DNA of 37,853 nt from Chloroflexota bacterium (lineage in GTDB: Bacteria; Chloroflexota; Anaerolineae; Anaerolineales; UBA11657): contig QWRL01000004.1 in the NCBI GenBank assembly GCA_003670425.1, positions 1 through 37,853 on the forward strand. The letters run 5' to 3'. Below the pieces are notes generated by a model. It saw only the letters and a program-made list of their open reading frames with translations. It was not told where the DNA came from and made no database searches. The position numbers and the translations under genes were made by a program. The stretch's first letter is position 1. Every line of letters starts with the position of its first letter. This document shows positions 1-9,004 of the stretch, one piece after another.

Positions 1-26
1 ATGGTGAGGCGGATTGATATTGACAT
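1..26 (-). CDS. Possible 5' end of a gene running off the left edge (MSISIRLT...)
   Basis: Minus-strand ATG at 26-24 preceded by an SD-like AAGGA; only 8 codons are visible. Confidence 0.3.
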
Positions 27-189
27 TAGGGCATCCTTGTCCGGCCGCAGAGCGCGCCAAATATTTCTGTCTACTTATTATCGTTCGCGGGGTGCCGGAG
101 CGTATAAACGATGCGTAAAAGCTGCGGAGCCGCAGTGCTCGTGCATGCTGGACTACGCCTGACTTGCCGGCGGGGCTGGCGGAAAAGAC

Positions 190-1311
190 TTAGGGTGCCA
201 GCGCCTGGGCGAGGTCTGCAATCAAGTCGTCTGTGTGCTCGAGGCCGATAGAGATGCGCAGCAGATCTTCCGGTGTGGTGGAGTGCGCGCCTTCAATGGA
301 AGCACGATGCTCAATCAGGCTTTCGACCGCGCCAAGGCTGGTGGCGCGTGTAAAAAGCTGCACCCGTGCCGCCACGCGGATGGCGGCAGCGCGTCCGCCA
401 TGCACTTGCACAGACAGCATTCCACCGAACGCCTGCATTTGGCGGCCAGCCACCGCGTGGCCCGGATGGTCTGCAAGGCCCGGGTAGTGCACACTAGCCA
501 CCCCCGCATGGTCTGATAAAAATTCGGCAATGCGCAGCGCACTCGCCGATTGCGCCCGCACGCGCAGCGGCAGCGTGGAAATTCCGCGCAGCACCAGCCA
601 GCAATCAAAGGGCGCAGGCACCGCGCCGGCAATTTCCTGCAGTGCGCGGATGCGCTCGAAGATGCCGTCCGCCGCACGCGCCACGACCGCGCCGCCCAGT
701 ACATCACTGTGGCCGCTGAGGTACTTTGTGGTGGAATGCACCACCAAGTCTGCGCCGGCCTGCAGCGGATGCTGGAGGGCGGGCGTTGCCCAGGTGCCAT
801 CTACTGCGCACAACGCGCCGGCAGCATGCGCAATCTGCGCCACCCGTTCAATGTCAACAATTTTGAGCAGGGGATTGGAGGGCGTTTCAAGCCACAGCAA
901 GCGCGTGTTCGGGCGCAGCGCGGCTTGTATCTTTGCCGGATCGCCCATGTCTACGCGGTCAACCTGCAACCCCCACGGCTGCATCACTTCGCGCAGCAGG
1001 CGCGCAACGCCGTGGTACAGGTCATCGTGCGCAAGCACATGGTCTCCGGGCCGCAATGCCTGAAACACCGCTGCGCAGGCCGCGCTGCCGGATGCAAACG
1101 CCGCTGCACTGGCCCCGCCTTCAAGCGCAGCCAGGCATTCTTCAAGCATTGTGCGGTTGGGGTTGCCACTGCGCGTGTACACGTAGCCGCGCGGGTAGCT
1201 GGTGTCTGCTTCGCGCTCAAAGGTGGTGGACAGATGCAGCGGTGGTGCAATTGCACCGGTGGCCGGGTCGATTGTGCGCCCGGCATGCACGGCCATAGTT
1301 TCCAGTTTCAT
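190..1311 (-). CDS. PLP-dependent trans-sulfuration enzyme (cystathionine gamma-synthase/lyase, MetB/MetC family)
   Basis: Family motifs YTRSGNP, ETPSNP, HSTTKYLSGHSD (PLP lysine), SLGAVESLIEH and LRISIGLE. Confidence 0.92.
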   Translation of the reverse strand: MKLETMAVHAGRTIDPATGAIAPPLHLSTTFEREADTSYPRGYVYTRSGNPNRTMLEECLAALEGGASAAAFASGSAACAAVFQALRPGDHVLAHDDLYHGVARLLREVMQPWGLQVDRVDMGDPAKIQAALRPNTRLLWLETPSNPLLKIVDIERVAQIAHAAGALCAVDGTWATPALQHPLQAGADLVVHSTTKYLSGHSDVLGGAVVARAADGIFERIRALQEIAGAVPAPFDCWLVLRGISTLPLRVRAQSASALRIAEFLSDHAGVASVHYPGLADHPGHAVAGRQMQAFGGMLSVQVHGGRAAAIRVAARVQLFTRATSLGAVESLIEHRASIEGAHSTTPEDLLRISIGLEHTDDLIADLAQALAP

Positions 1312-2183
1312 GCGCGTTGTTCTCCGGTGAGTGTGATCACGGTGATCTCAGGCGGGCAGTTCTTGCGCAGCGGCAGCATAGCAGCGCCCACTCCGGGGTT
1401 CACATACAGCCAAATGCCGCCAACCCGGTGCAGGCCAAGCACATACTTGCGCCCCATGCGGGTGTGCTTTACGGCTCCCAGCCCCGCCAGGCGCAGCTGG
1501 CCGCCATGCGAGTGGCCGGAAAGCTGCACGGCGATGCGCCCGTCCGCCGCAGCTTCATCAGCATAGTCCGGCTCATGTGCCAGCAGCACTACTGGCGCAT
1601 CTGCGGGCGCCGCCGCCAGCGCAGCAGGCAGGTTGGCAAACCCCAGCTGCGCGCAGTCCACGCCTGCCAGCCACAGCTGCGCGCCTTCAACTTGCAGCGC
1701 TGCGCCGGAGTTGCGCAGCACCGTGACACCGTTGCGCGCCAGCGCCGCTGCCACAGCATCCACGCCGGCGAAATAATCGTGGTTGCCCAGCACGGCGAAC
1801 ACGCCAAGCTTTGCGTGCAGCGCGTTGAGTGTGGTGTCTATGTCCGGGGAGGTGCCATTGCGCGGGTAGCTGGTAAAGTCCACCAAATCCCCCGTGAACA
1901 CAATCACATCGGCTTGCAGTGCGTTGAGCTGCGCGGCCACCTGGGCACCGTCCACCCCGCGCACAAAACAACCCAGATGCAAATCAGAAAACTGCGCAAT
2001 GCGCAGGCCGTGCAGCGCGGCGGGCAAGCCCGGCAGCTGAATACTCTGTTGGTGCACAACCAGGCTGCCCGGCCGCAGTGTGGCGGCATAGCTCTCGCTG
2101 TAGCGGCTGCTTCGGTACCATCTGCCAAGCCGGCGCACAATCGGCCGGTAGACCCGCCCCCAAAAATGTAGATGTTCTGGCAT
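1308..2183 (-). CDS. Calcineurin-like metallophosphoesterase (YkuE/YaeI-like)
   Basis: Motifs SDLH, TGDLVD, GNHD, LAHEPD and SGHSHGGQ; 4-nt overlap with the downstream gene. Confidence 0.9.
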   Translation of the reverse strand: MPEHLHFWGRVYRPIVRRLGRWYRSSRYSESYAATLRPGSLVVHQQSIQLPGLPAALHGLRIAQFSDLHLGCFVRGVDGAQVAAQLNALQADVIVFTGDLVDFTSYPRNGTSPDIDTTLNALHAKLGVFAVLGNHDYFAGVDAVAAALARNGVTVLRNSGAALQVEGAQLWLAGVDCAQLGFANLPAALAAAPADAPVVLLAHEPDYADEAAADGRIAVQLSGHSHGGQLRLAGLGAVKHTRMGRKYVLGLHRVGGIWLYVNPGVGAAMLPLRKNCPPEITVITLTGEQRA

Positions 2184-2238
2184 GCTTGGAAATTATCGGC
2201 AGGTAAAATACCGGCGCCGCAATCAAATTGATAATATC

Positions 2239-2994
2239 ATGCGCGTGGCTTCATTGTCTGCAAACAAAACGGGAGCGCTGGCGGGCGGCAAGCGGTATTG
2301 GTTGCTGGCGCTTGTGCTGCTGGCCGGCGCCGCTGCAGCCGCATGGTGGTGGTGGCAGCCGCGCGCAAACCGGCCGGAGACCATGGCGCGGGTGCTCCGG
2401 CTGCGTGCGTGGTTTGCGGACCGTGGCACGCACAGTGCATGGGAAGTGCACGCCGGCCAGCGCTGCGCCAACGCGCCGCTGCTAATGCCCACTAACGGCT
2501 TCATTGGCTTTGGGTGGGATGACAGTTTTCGCCCCGGCCATCGCCACAGCGGCTACGACATCTTCAGCCCGCTGGGCGTCGAAAATATGGAGCCGGTAGT
2601 TGCGGCGCACGCCGGTTATCTGACGCGTGAGCCAGACTGGATCAGCACCGTCATCATCCGCCATCCAGACTTCGACGGCGTGCAGCCGCGCGCGCAAGTT
2701 TGGACCTACTACACCCACATGGCCGCCGCCGATGGACAGCAGTCGTTTGTGGCGCCAGAATTTCCACCGGGCACAAAAGAGGTCTTTGTTACGGCTGGCA
2801 CAGTGCTCGGAAAACAGGGCACATGGTCCGGCACACAGCACCTGCCCACCGGGTTGCATTTGCATTTTTCAGTTGTGCGCAGCAAAAGTGATGGCGGCTA
2901 TGCCAACGAAACGCGCATTGACAACACATACGACCCCGGGCCGCTGCTGGGCGTGACGGCGGCTGCCGACGGAGTGCTGCGATGCGCGAACTAG
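2239..2994 (+). CDS. Membrane-anchored M23-family metallopeptidase
   Basis: N-terminal hydrophobic segment, HSGYD (HxxxD), YTHM and LHLHF (HxH) zinc motifs. ATG 2239 preferred over 2182, which overlaps the start of the divergent gene. Confidence 0.75.
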   Translation: MRVASLSANKTGALAGGKRYWLLALVLLAGAAAAAWWWWQPRANRPETMARVLRLRAWFADRGTHSAWEVHAGQRCANAPLLMPTNGFIGFGWDDSFRPGHRHSGYDIFSPLGVENMEPVVAAHAGYLTREPDWISTVIIRHPDFDGVQPRAQVWTYYTHMAAADGQQSFVAPEFPPGTKEVFVTAGTVLGKQGTWSGTQHLPTGLHLHFSVVRSKSDGGYANETRIDNTYDPGPLLGVTAAADGVLRCAN

Positions 2995-4135
2995 CGCCGC
3001 TGTACTACATAACCAGCGCGGGGCTGCCAACGCCAAAGGCGAGCAGCGTGCAGGTGATGCAAATGTGCGCCGGGCTGGCAACGCAGGTGCCGACAACTCT
3101 GGTGCTGCCGCCCGCGCCAGTACCGCAGCCGGCAGCCAGCTTGATGCGCCATTACGATGTGCCCGCCAGCTTTTCAGTCTGGCGCCTGCCGCGCCGCGCA
3201 CATGCGCAGCTATGGCGCATGCACGCCGTGCGGCGCGTGCATGCGCAGCAGCGCGGCGCGTGGCTGTGCTACGCCCGCGGTCGGGATGTGCTGGCTGCAT
3301 GGCTTGCCCTGCAGCTGGGTGCCCATGCAATTTTGAAGTGCATGGCCGCCCCGTCTCGCGGCTGGAGCTGCGCTTGCTGCGCAGCGTGGCCGCGCATGCG
3401 CACGGCCAATTGGTGGCCATCTCTGCCGAGCTGGCAGCAGTTTACGGGCGTGAATACGGTATTCCCGCGCAGCGTTTTATCATCGCGGCGGATGCCGTCA
3501 GCCTGGCCCGCTTTACGCCGCAGCTGCAGCGCGCAGAAGCTTGCAGCGCATGCGGCCTTGCGCCGGACGCGCGTTATGCCGTGTATACTGGCGGCTTGTA
3601 CCCTGGCCGCGGTTTGGAGGCGCTCTTCGCAGCGATGCGCTCGCAAAGCGCGCAGCTTGTGGTGGTGGGCGGCGGCGCGCCCGCCGCTGTGCAACACTGG
3701 CGCTCAATTGCATCTGCAGCCGGCGTGCCCGATGCCATATTTACCGGTTATCAACCTCCTGCCCAAATTCCAAACTATCTGCAAGCGGCGGATGTGCTGC
3801 TGATGCCTTACGGCGCGCGCACCCTGACGCCCAGCGGCGAAGATACCACTGCATTTATGTCACCCCTAAAAATGTTTGAGTACATGGCGGCTGCACGCCC
3901 GATTGTGGCAAGCGATTTGCCGGCACTGCGTGGGACATTGCAGCACGAGCGCAACGCGCTGCTGGTTGCGCCGGATGAAGTGGCGCCGCTGGCGGCTGCC
4001 ATCGCGCGCGCACTGGCGGACTCCGGGCTGGCGGCGCGCCTGGCTGCAGCGGCGCGGGCCGATGTTGCGCAGCTTAGCTGGGAAGCGCGCGCACGCACGG
4101 TGCTGGCCGGTGTTGAATACGGGGTGCAAAGTTGA
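2982..4135 (+). pseudogene. GT4-family glycosyltransferase split by a single frameshift at about 3331-3334 (true pseudogene or sequencing error)
   Basis: The N-terminus (YITSAGLPTPKASSVQVMQMC) is in the 2982 frame; the C-terminal GT-B domain (YTGGLYPGRG, ADVLLMP, SPLKMFEYMAAARPIVASDLP) is in the 3065 frame. One extra T joins them into a 384-aa protein. Confidence 0.85.
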
Positions 4136-4178
4136 GCCCGGCTGTGATTGCAAGCGCCGCGCTGGCTGGATGGCCGCA

Positions 4179-5099
4179 ATGAATATTCTGGTTACCGGCG
4201 GGCGCGGTACCGTGGGCGCGCCGCTGTGCGCGGAGCTGCGCCGGCGCGGCCACAACGTGTGGGTGTGCGACTTGATGCATGCCCCGGCACCCAACTACAT
4301 GCGCTGTGATATCGGCGATTCGCGCCAGTTGGCGCGCGTGATGGATGCCGCGCAGCCAGAGCTGGTGTACCACCTCGCCGCGGAGTTTGGGCGCTGGAAC
4401 GGTGAAGACTACTACGAGCGCGTGTGGGCCACCAACGCCATTGGCACAAAGCATCTGCTGCGCCAGCAGGAGGCGCGCCGCTTTCGGCTGGTGTTCACCA
4501 GCAGCTCTGAAGTGTATGGCGATTTTGAGGGGCTGATGAGCGAGGCTGTGCTCGCGCAGCATCCCATCCGCCAGCTGAATGACTACGCCATCTCCAAGTG
4601 GGTCAACGAGCAGCAGATTATGAACTCCGCCGACCGGCACGCAACGGAGACGGTGCGCGTGCGGCTCTTCAACACCTACGGCCCGGGCGAGTATTACAAC
4701 GAGTACCGCAGCGTGGCGTGCCAGTTTATCTACCGCGCGCTGCACGGCCTGCCCTATACCGTGTACCTCAACCACCACCGCACTTCTTCATATATTGATG
4801 ACACGGTTTGCACGCTTGCCAACCTGGCGGATGCGGGCCGTTTTCTTGCGGGCAATGTGTACAACATTGCCGGTGCCGAATACCACGATATCAAGCAGCT
4901 ATCGGACTTGGTGCTGCGCCTGACCGGGCGCGACGACAGCCGGGTGCAATATGTGGAGCGCGAGGCGCACAATACGCTTAACAAGCGCGGCGACCTCACC
5001 AACGCCAGCCGCGATCTCGGCCACGTGGCGCGCTTTGACCTGGCCGCGGGTGTGCCGCTCACAATTGCGTGGCAGCGCGAAGTGTACGGGGTGCAATGA
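4179..5099 (+). CDS. NAD-dependent nucleotide-sugar epimerase/dehydratase (extended SDR)
   Basis: ILVTGGRGTVG, SSSEVYG, YAISK (YxxxK) and FNTYGPG motifs. Confidence 0.9.
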   Translation: MNILVTGGRGTVGAPLCAELRRRGHNVWVCDLMHAPAPNYMRCDIGDSRQLARVMDAAQPELVYHLAAEFGRWNGEDYYERVWATNAIGTKHLLRQQEARRFRLVFTSSSEVYGDFEGLMSEAVLAQHPIRQLNDYAISKWVNEQQIMNSADRHATETVRVRLFNTYGPGEYYNEYRSVACQFIYRALHGLPYTVYLNHHRTSSYIDDTVCTLANLADAGRFLAGNVYNIAGAEYHDIKQLSDLVLRLTGRDDSRVQYVEREAHNTLNKRGDLTNASRDLGHVARFDLAAGVPLTIAWQREVYGVQ

Positions 5100-6301
5100 T
5101 GCAGGCGCAAAAAATTGTGGTGATTGGCACCGGCTATGTGGGCCTGCCGGCTGCACTGCTGCTGGCGCGCGCCGGCCACTCGGTGGTGGGCGTAGACATC
5201 AACGACAACATTGTGCGCGCCATCAATGATGGTGTGCTGCATATCAATGAAGCTGCGCTGCAAGCCATTATGGATGAGCCGGCGGTGCGCGCCAACCTGA
5301 CGGCGCAGGCCACGCCCTGCGCAGCCGATGTTTTTTTCATTGCGGTGCCCAGCCCGCTGGACCAGCGCAAGAAGGTGGCGGACCTGAGCATGGTTGTGGC
5401 AGCCGTTGAAGGTTTGGTGCCGTATCTGCGCGCGGGCAATCTGGTGGTGCTCGAGTCCACCGTGCCGCCGCTCACTTGCCGCGAGCTGCTCACGCCCATT
5501 CTTGAGCGCTCTGGCCTGAAAGTCGGCGAGAACCTTTTTCTGGCGCATTGCCCGGAGCGCATTCTGCCCGGTGATGTGTTTTATGAAATTGTGCACAACG
5601 ACCGCATCATCGGTGCGCGCGATGCGCATTCCCGCAAGCTGGCTGCTGCGGTGTACAGCAGCTTTGTAAAGGGCGAGCTGCTTGAGACCGACGATGTGAC
5701 CGCCGAGCTGTGCAAGTTGATGGAGAACACCTATCGCGATGTGAATATTGCGCTGGCCAACGAGCTGGCTGCAGTTGCGGACACGCTGGGCATCGATGCG
5801 CGCGCTGCCATCGCGCTTTCCAACCGCCATCCGCGCGTGAACCTGATGGGGCCCGGCATTGGCGTGGGCGGGCATTGCATTCCCATTGACCCGTGGTTCA
5901 TCAAGGAAGTTGACCCGGCAAACTCGCGCCTCATCTTTGCGGCGCGCATGGTGAACGACGAGATGCCGCAGCGCGTGGCGGCGCGCGTGCGCCAGTCCGT
6001 GCGCGGTGTGCTGGATCCGCGCATCGTTGCGATTGGCGCAGCTTACAAACCAAATACCGAGGACACGCGCGAGAGCCCGGCCGTGCAGGTGGTGGAACTG
6101 CTGCGCGCCGATGGATACGAAGTGGCGCATTTTGACCCGCTGGTGAAGGGCATGGCCTACCCGGGTACGCTGGCAGCGGCCTGTGCCGGTGCGGATTGCC
6201 TTGTATTGCTGGTGGAGCACACGGTAGTGATGGCAGAGCTGGCAGCCCAGCGCCCGGAAATTGACCGCAATATGCGCACCGCGCAGGTCTTGCGCTTTTA
6301 A
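5096..6301 (+). CDS. Nucleotide-sugar dehydrogenase, WecC-like (UDP-N-acetylhexosamine 6-dehydrogenase)
   Basis: GTGYVG, ESTVPP, PERILPG, KLMENTYRDVNIA, GGHCIPIDPWF (catalytic Cys) and DTRESP motifs. Confidence 0.9.
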   Translation: MMQAQKIVVIGTGYVGLPAALLLARAGHSVVGVDINDNIVRAINDGVLHINEAALQAIMDEPAVRANLTAQATPCAADVFFIAVPSPLDQRKKVADLSMVVAAVEGLVPYLRAGNLVVLESTVPPLTCRELLTPILERSGLKVGENLFLAHCPERILPGDVFYEIVHNDRIIGARDAHSRKLAAAVYSSFVKGELLETDDVTAELCKLMENTYRDVNIALANELAAVADTLGIDARAAIALSNRHPRVNLMGPGIGVGGHCIPIDPWFIKEVDPANSRLIFAARMVNDEMPQRVAARVRQSVRGVLDPRIVAIGAAYKPNTEDTRESPAVQVVELLRADGYEVAHFDPLVKGMAYPGTLAAACAGADCLVLLVEHTVVMAELAAQRPEIDRNMRTAQVLRF

Positions 6302-6318
6302 TGCGGCTGGGTTATTAT
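6290..6318 (+). promoter_or_regulatory. Putative sigma70 promoter for the aro leader and operon
   Basis: TTGCGC (6290-6295), 17-nt spacer, TATTAT (6313-6318). Confidence 0.5.
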
Positions 6319-6326
6319 TTGAGCGT

Positions 6327-6398
6327 ATGAACGCAATGTATTTTGGAGGCTACTACTACTTCGGTGCCGCGCTTGCGGCCACCGTCGCTTCGCAGTAA
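6327..6398 (+). CDS. Putative Tyr/Phe attenuator leader peptide MNAMYFGGYYYFGAALAATVASQ
   Basis: 23-codon ORF with 4 Tyr and 2 Phe within codons 5-12, directly upstream of a terminator and the aromatic biosynthesis operon. Confidence 0.8.
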   Translation: MNAMYFGGYYYFGAALAATVASQ

Positions 6399-6428
6399 GT
6401 AGACTCGAGCCTTTTCGGATGAGTTCAC

Positions 6429-6461
6429 AAGCGCGGAGCAACCCTCCGCGCTTTTTGTTTT
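6429..6461 (+). terminator. Intrinsic terminator (attenuator) upstream of aroH
   Basis: Perfect 10-bp stem AAGCGCGGAG / CTCCGCGCTT with a 5-nt loop, followed by TTTGTTTT. Confidence 0.85.
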
Positions 6462-6476
6462 GAAGGAGGGGGCGAT

Positions 6477-6854
6477 ATGGCAATGATTTGTCGCGGGGTG
6501 CGCGGCGCAATCACGGTTGAGCAAAATGCGGCTGAGGATATCCTCAGCGGCACGCGAGAGCTGCTGCAGGCGCTGATTGCTGCGAATGGCATTCTGGTGG
6601 AGGATGTGGCCTCTGTGTTTCTAAGCGCGTCACCGGATCTGACAGCCGAGTTTCCGGCGCTGGCAGTGCGCGAGCTGGGCTGGCTGGAGACCGCTGTGCT
6701 GTGCACGCACGAGATGCAAGTGCCGCACGGCTTGGAGCGCTGTGTGCGCGTGCTGCTGCATTGGAACACAGAGCGGGCGCTGGGCGAGATCGAACACGTC
6801 TACCTGAAGGGTGCGGTGAAGCTGCGGCCGGACCGCGCACCCAAGGGCAAGTGA
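6477..6854 (+). CDS. aroH: Chorismate mutase, AroH class
   Basis: RGVRGAITV, FPALAVR, CVRVLLHWN and YLKGAVKLRPD motifs; SD GAAGGAGG. Confidence 0.93.
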   Translation: MAMICRGVRGAITVEQNAAEDILSGTRELLQALIAANGILVEDVASVFLSASPDLTAEFPALAVRELGWLETAVLCTHEMQVPHGLERCVRVLLHWNTERALGEIEHVYLKGAVKLRPDRAPKGK

Positions 6855-6931
6855 GCAGTTCGCAGGTTGATTGCCGGTGGATCTGCCGGCAGCTGATTAA
6901 TGATGCGCAGGCATCCAAGGAGTGATGTGAA

Positions 6932-7942
6932 ATGGTGATCGTAATGCAAGCGGGTGCCACAGCCGCACAGATAGCCGCCGTTGTAGCGCGGGTGGAGCAG
7001 GACGGGTTGAAGACGCAGGTTGTGCGCGGCACCGAGCGCAACATTGTGTGTGCGCTGGGTGATGACCGCCTGGTGGACAAGCGCGCTTACGCGGTGCTTG
7101 ACGGCGTGGAGACTGCAACGCCTATCCTAAAGCCGTTCAAGCTTGCATCGCGCGAGGCGCAGCCGGCGGACAGCACCGTGCACCTCAAAACGCTGCGCGT
7201 TGGCGGCCCGACGATTGCGATTGTTGCCGGCCCGTGCTCGGTGGAGAGCCGCACGCAGATGCTGGAAATTGCCCACGCAGTCAAAGAGGCTGGTGCGCAT
7301 GCATTGCGCGGCGGCGCCTTCAAGCCGCGCAGCTCGCCGTACAGCTTTCAGGGCATGGGCGAGGAGGGGCTGGTCATTCTTGCGGAAGCCGGTGCGGCGA
7401 CCGGCCTGCCGGTGGTGACTGAAGTTATGTCTGCGGAGCAGTTGGTGCTTGTGCAAAAGTATGCGGATGTGCTGCAGATCGGCGCGCGCAACATGCAGAA
7501 CTATGAGCTGCTGCGCGCCGTGGGTGCCGTCAAGCTGCCCGTGCTGCTCAAGCGTGGACTGATGTCCACCATTGAAGAGCTGCTGATGAGCGCCGAGTAC
7601 ATCCTTTCATCCGGCAATCCGCATGTGATCTTGTGCGAGCGCGGTATTCGCACTTTTGAGAAATACACCCGCAACACCACCGACATCAACGCCATCCCCG
7701 TGTTGAAACATATGACGCACCTGCCGGTGATGCTTGACCCCAGCCACGGCGTGGGGCAGTGGGAGTATGTGCCAGCCGTGGCGCGTGCGGCTGTGGCTGC
7801 GGGTGCCGACGGCCTGCTGGTTGAAGTGCACAATCATCCTGATCAGGCGCTTTCAGATGGCGCACAAAGCTTGAAGCCCGAGGTGTTTGCGGCATTGGTG
7901 AAGGAGTGCCGCGCTGTGGCTGGCATTATCGGCCGCAATTAA
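6932..7942 (+). CDS. aroF: DAHP synthase type I-beta with N-terminal ACT domain, copy 1
   Basis: [45 protein letters not shown] and DPSH motifs; SD AAGGAG. Confidence 0.93.
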   Translation: MVIVMQAGATAAQIAAVVARVEQDGLKTQVVRGTERNIVCALGDDRLVDKRAYAVLDGVETATPILKPFKLASREAQPADSTVHLKTLRVGGPTIAIVAGPCSVESRTQMLEIAHAVKEAGAHALRGGAFKPRSSPYSFQGMGEEGLVILAEAGAATGLPVVTEVMSAEQLVLVQKYADVLQIGARNMQNYELLRAVGAVKLPVLLKRGLMSTIEELLMSAEYILSSGNPHVILCERGIRTFEKYTRNTTDINAIPVLKHMTHLPVMLDPSHGVGQWEYVPAVARAAVAAGADGLLVEVHNHPDQALSDGAQSLKPEVFAALVKECRAVAGIIGRN

Positions 7943-7963
7943 TTTGTACAAATTGGAGTCGCA

Positions 7964-8974
7964 ATGATCATCGTAATGCGCGCGGGTGCCTCCCGCGAAG
8001 AAATTGACAATGTGGTGGTGCGTGTGGAGCGTGACGGCTTCAAGGCGCATCTGAGTGCGGGTGCAGAGCGCACCATCATCGGCCTGATTGGAGATGACCG
8101 CCCGCTCGACAAGCAGCTATATGAAGTGCTGCCCGGCGTTGAGAAGGCCATGGCGGTGCTCAAGCCGTTCAAGCTGGCTTCGCGCGAGTTTTCCGCTGCA
8201 GATACTTTGGTGACCGTCAAGGGCGTGAGCATTGGCGGCACGCAAGTGGTGCTGATGGCCGGCCCGTGTGCGGTGGAAAGCCGCGGCCAGCTGCTGGAGA
8301 CGGCGCATGCCGTCAAAGCCGCGGGTGCACAAATGCTGCGCGGCGGCGCATTCAAGCCGCGCAGCTCGCCGTACAGCTTTCAGGGGCTGGGCGAGGATGC
8401 GCTGAAGATTTTGGCGGAGGCGCGCGAGCAGACAGGCCTGCCCGTGATCACAGAAATCATGACGCCCGAGCATCTGCCCATGGTTTGCGACTACGTGGAC
8501 ATGCTGCAAATTGGCGCGCGCAATATGCAAAACTACGAGCTGCTCAAGGGCGTTGGCCGCACCACGCTGCCGGTGCTGCTGAAGCGCGGGCTGATGGCCA
8601 CCATGGAGGAACTGCTGATGAGTGCGGAGTACATCCTTGCCGCCGGCAACCGGCAGGTGGTGTTATGCGAGCGCGGCATCCGCACCTTTGAAAAATATAC
8701 TCGTAACACGACGGATATCAATGCCATCCCGGTGCTCAAGCACCTGACGCATTTGCCGGTGATGCTTGACCCCAGCCACGGGGTTGGCGCTACGCGGTAC
8801 GTGCTGCCCGTGGCGCGCGCGGGCATTGCTGCGGGTGCGGACGGGCTGCTGGTGGAAGTGCACTGCAATCCGGAAGAAGCCCTCTCGGACGGCGGCCAGA
8901 GTCTGCGGCCGGATCAATATTCCGAGCTGGTGCGCCAGGTGCGCGTCATTGCGCGCGCTGTCGAACGCAGTTAA
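7964..8974 (+). CDS. aroF: DAHP synthase type I-beta with N-terminal ACT domain, copy 2
   Basis: Same motifs and same length (336 aa) as copy 1; SD GGAG. Confidence 0.93.
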   Translation: MIIVMRAGASREEIDNVVVRVERDGFKAHLSAGAERTIIGLIGDDRPLDKQLYEVLPGVEKAMAVLKPFKLASREFSAADTLVTVKGVSIGGTQVVLMAGPCAVESRGQLLETAHAVKAAGAQMLRGGAFKPRSSPYSFQGLGEDALKILAEAREQTGLPVITEIMTPEHLPMVCDYVDMLQIGARNMQNYELLKGVGRTTLPVLLKRGLMATMEELLMSAEYILAAGNRQVVLCERGIRTFEKYTRNTTDINAIPVLKHLTHLPVMLDPSHGVGATRYVLPVARAGIAAGADGLLVEVHCNPEEALSDGGQSLRPDQYSELVRQVRVIARAVERS

Positions 8975-9004
8975 TCGCAGCGTATTTATTTACACGGGCT
9001 TGCT

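Noticed and set aside
6351-6360. (TAC)3 microsatellite and GGAGG at 6345 as an RBS
   Set aside because: The repeat is explained by the Tyr codons, and no start codon lies at a suitable distance from GGAGG.
6302-6476. T-box riboswitch as the explanation for the aro leader
   Set aside because: No AAnnAGGGTGGnACCGCG T-box consensus or stem I is visible and the region is short; the leader-peptide model fits better.
6872-6891. Short hairpin TGCCGGTG-GATC-TGCCGGCA between aroH and aroF copy 1
   Set aside because: Short, dependent on G-U pairs and lacking a U-tract; expected by chance at this GC content.
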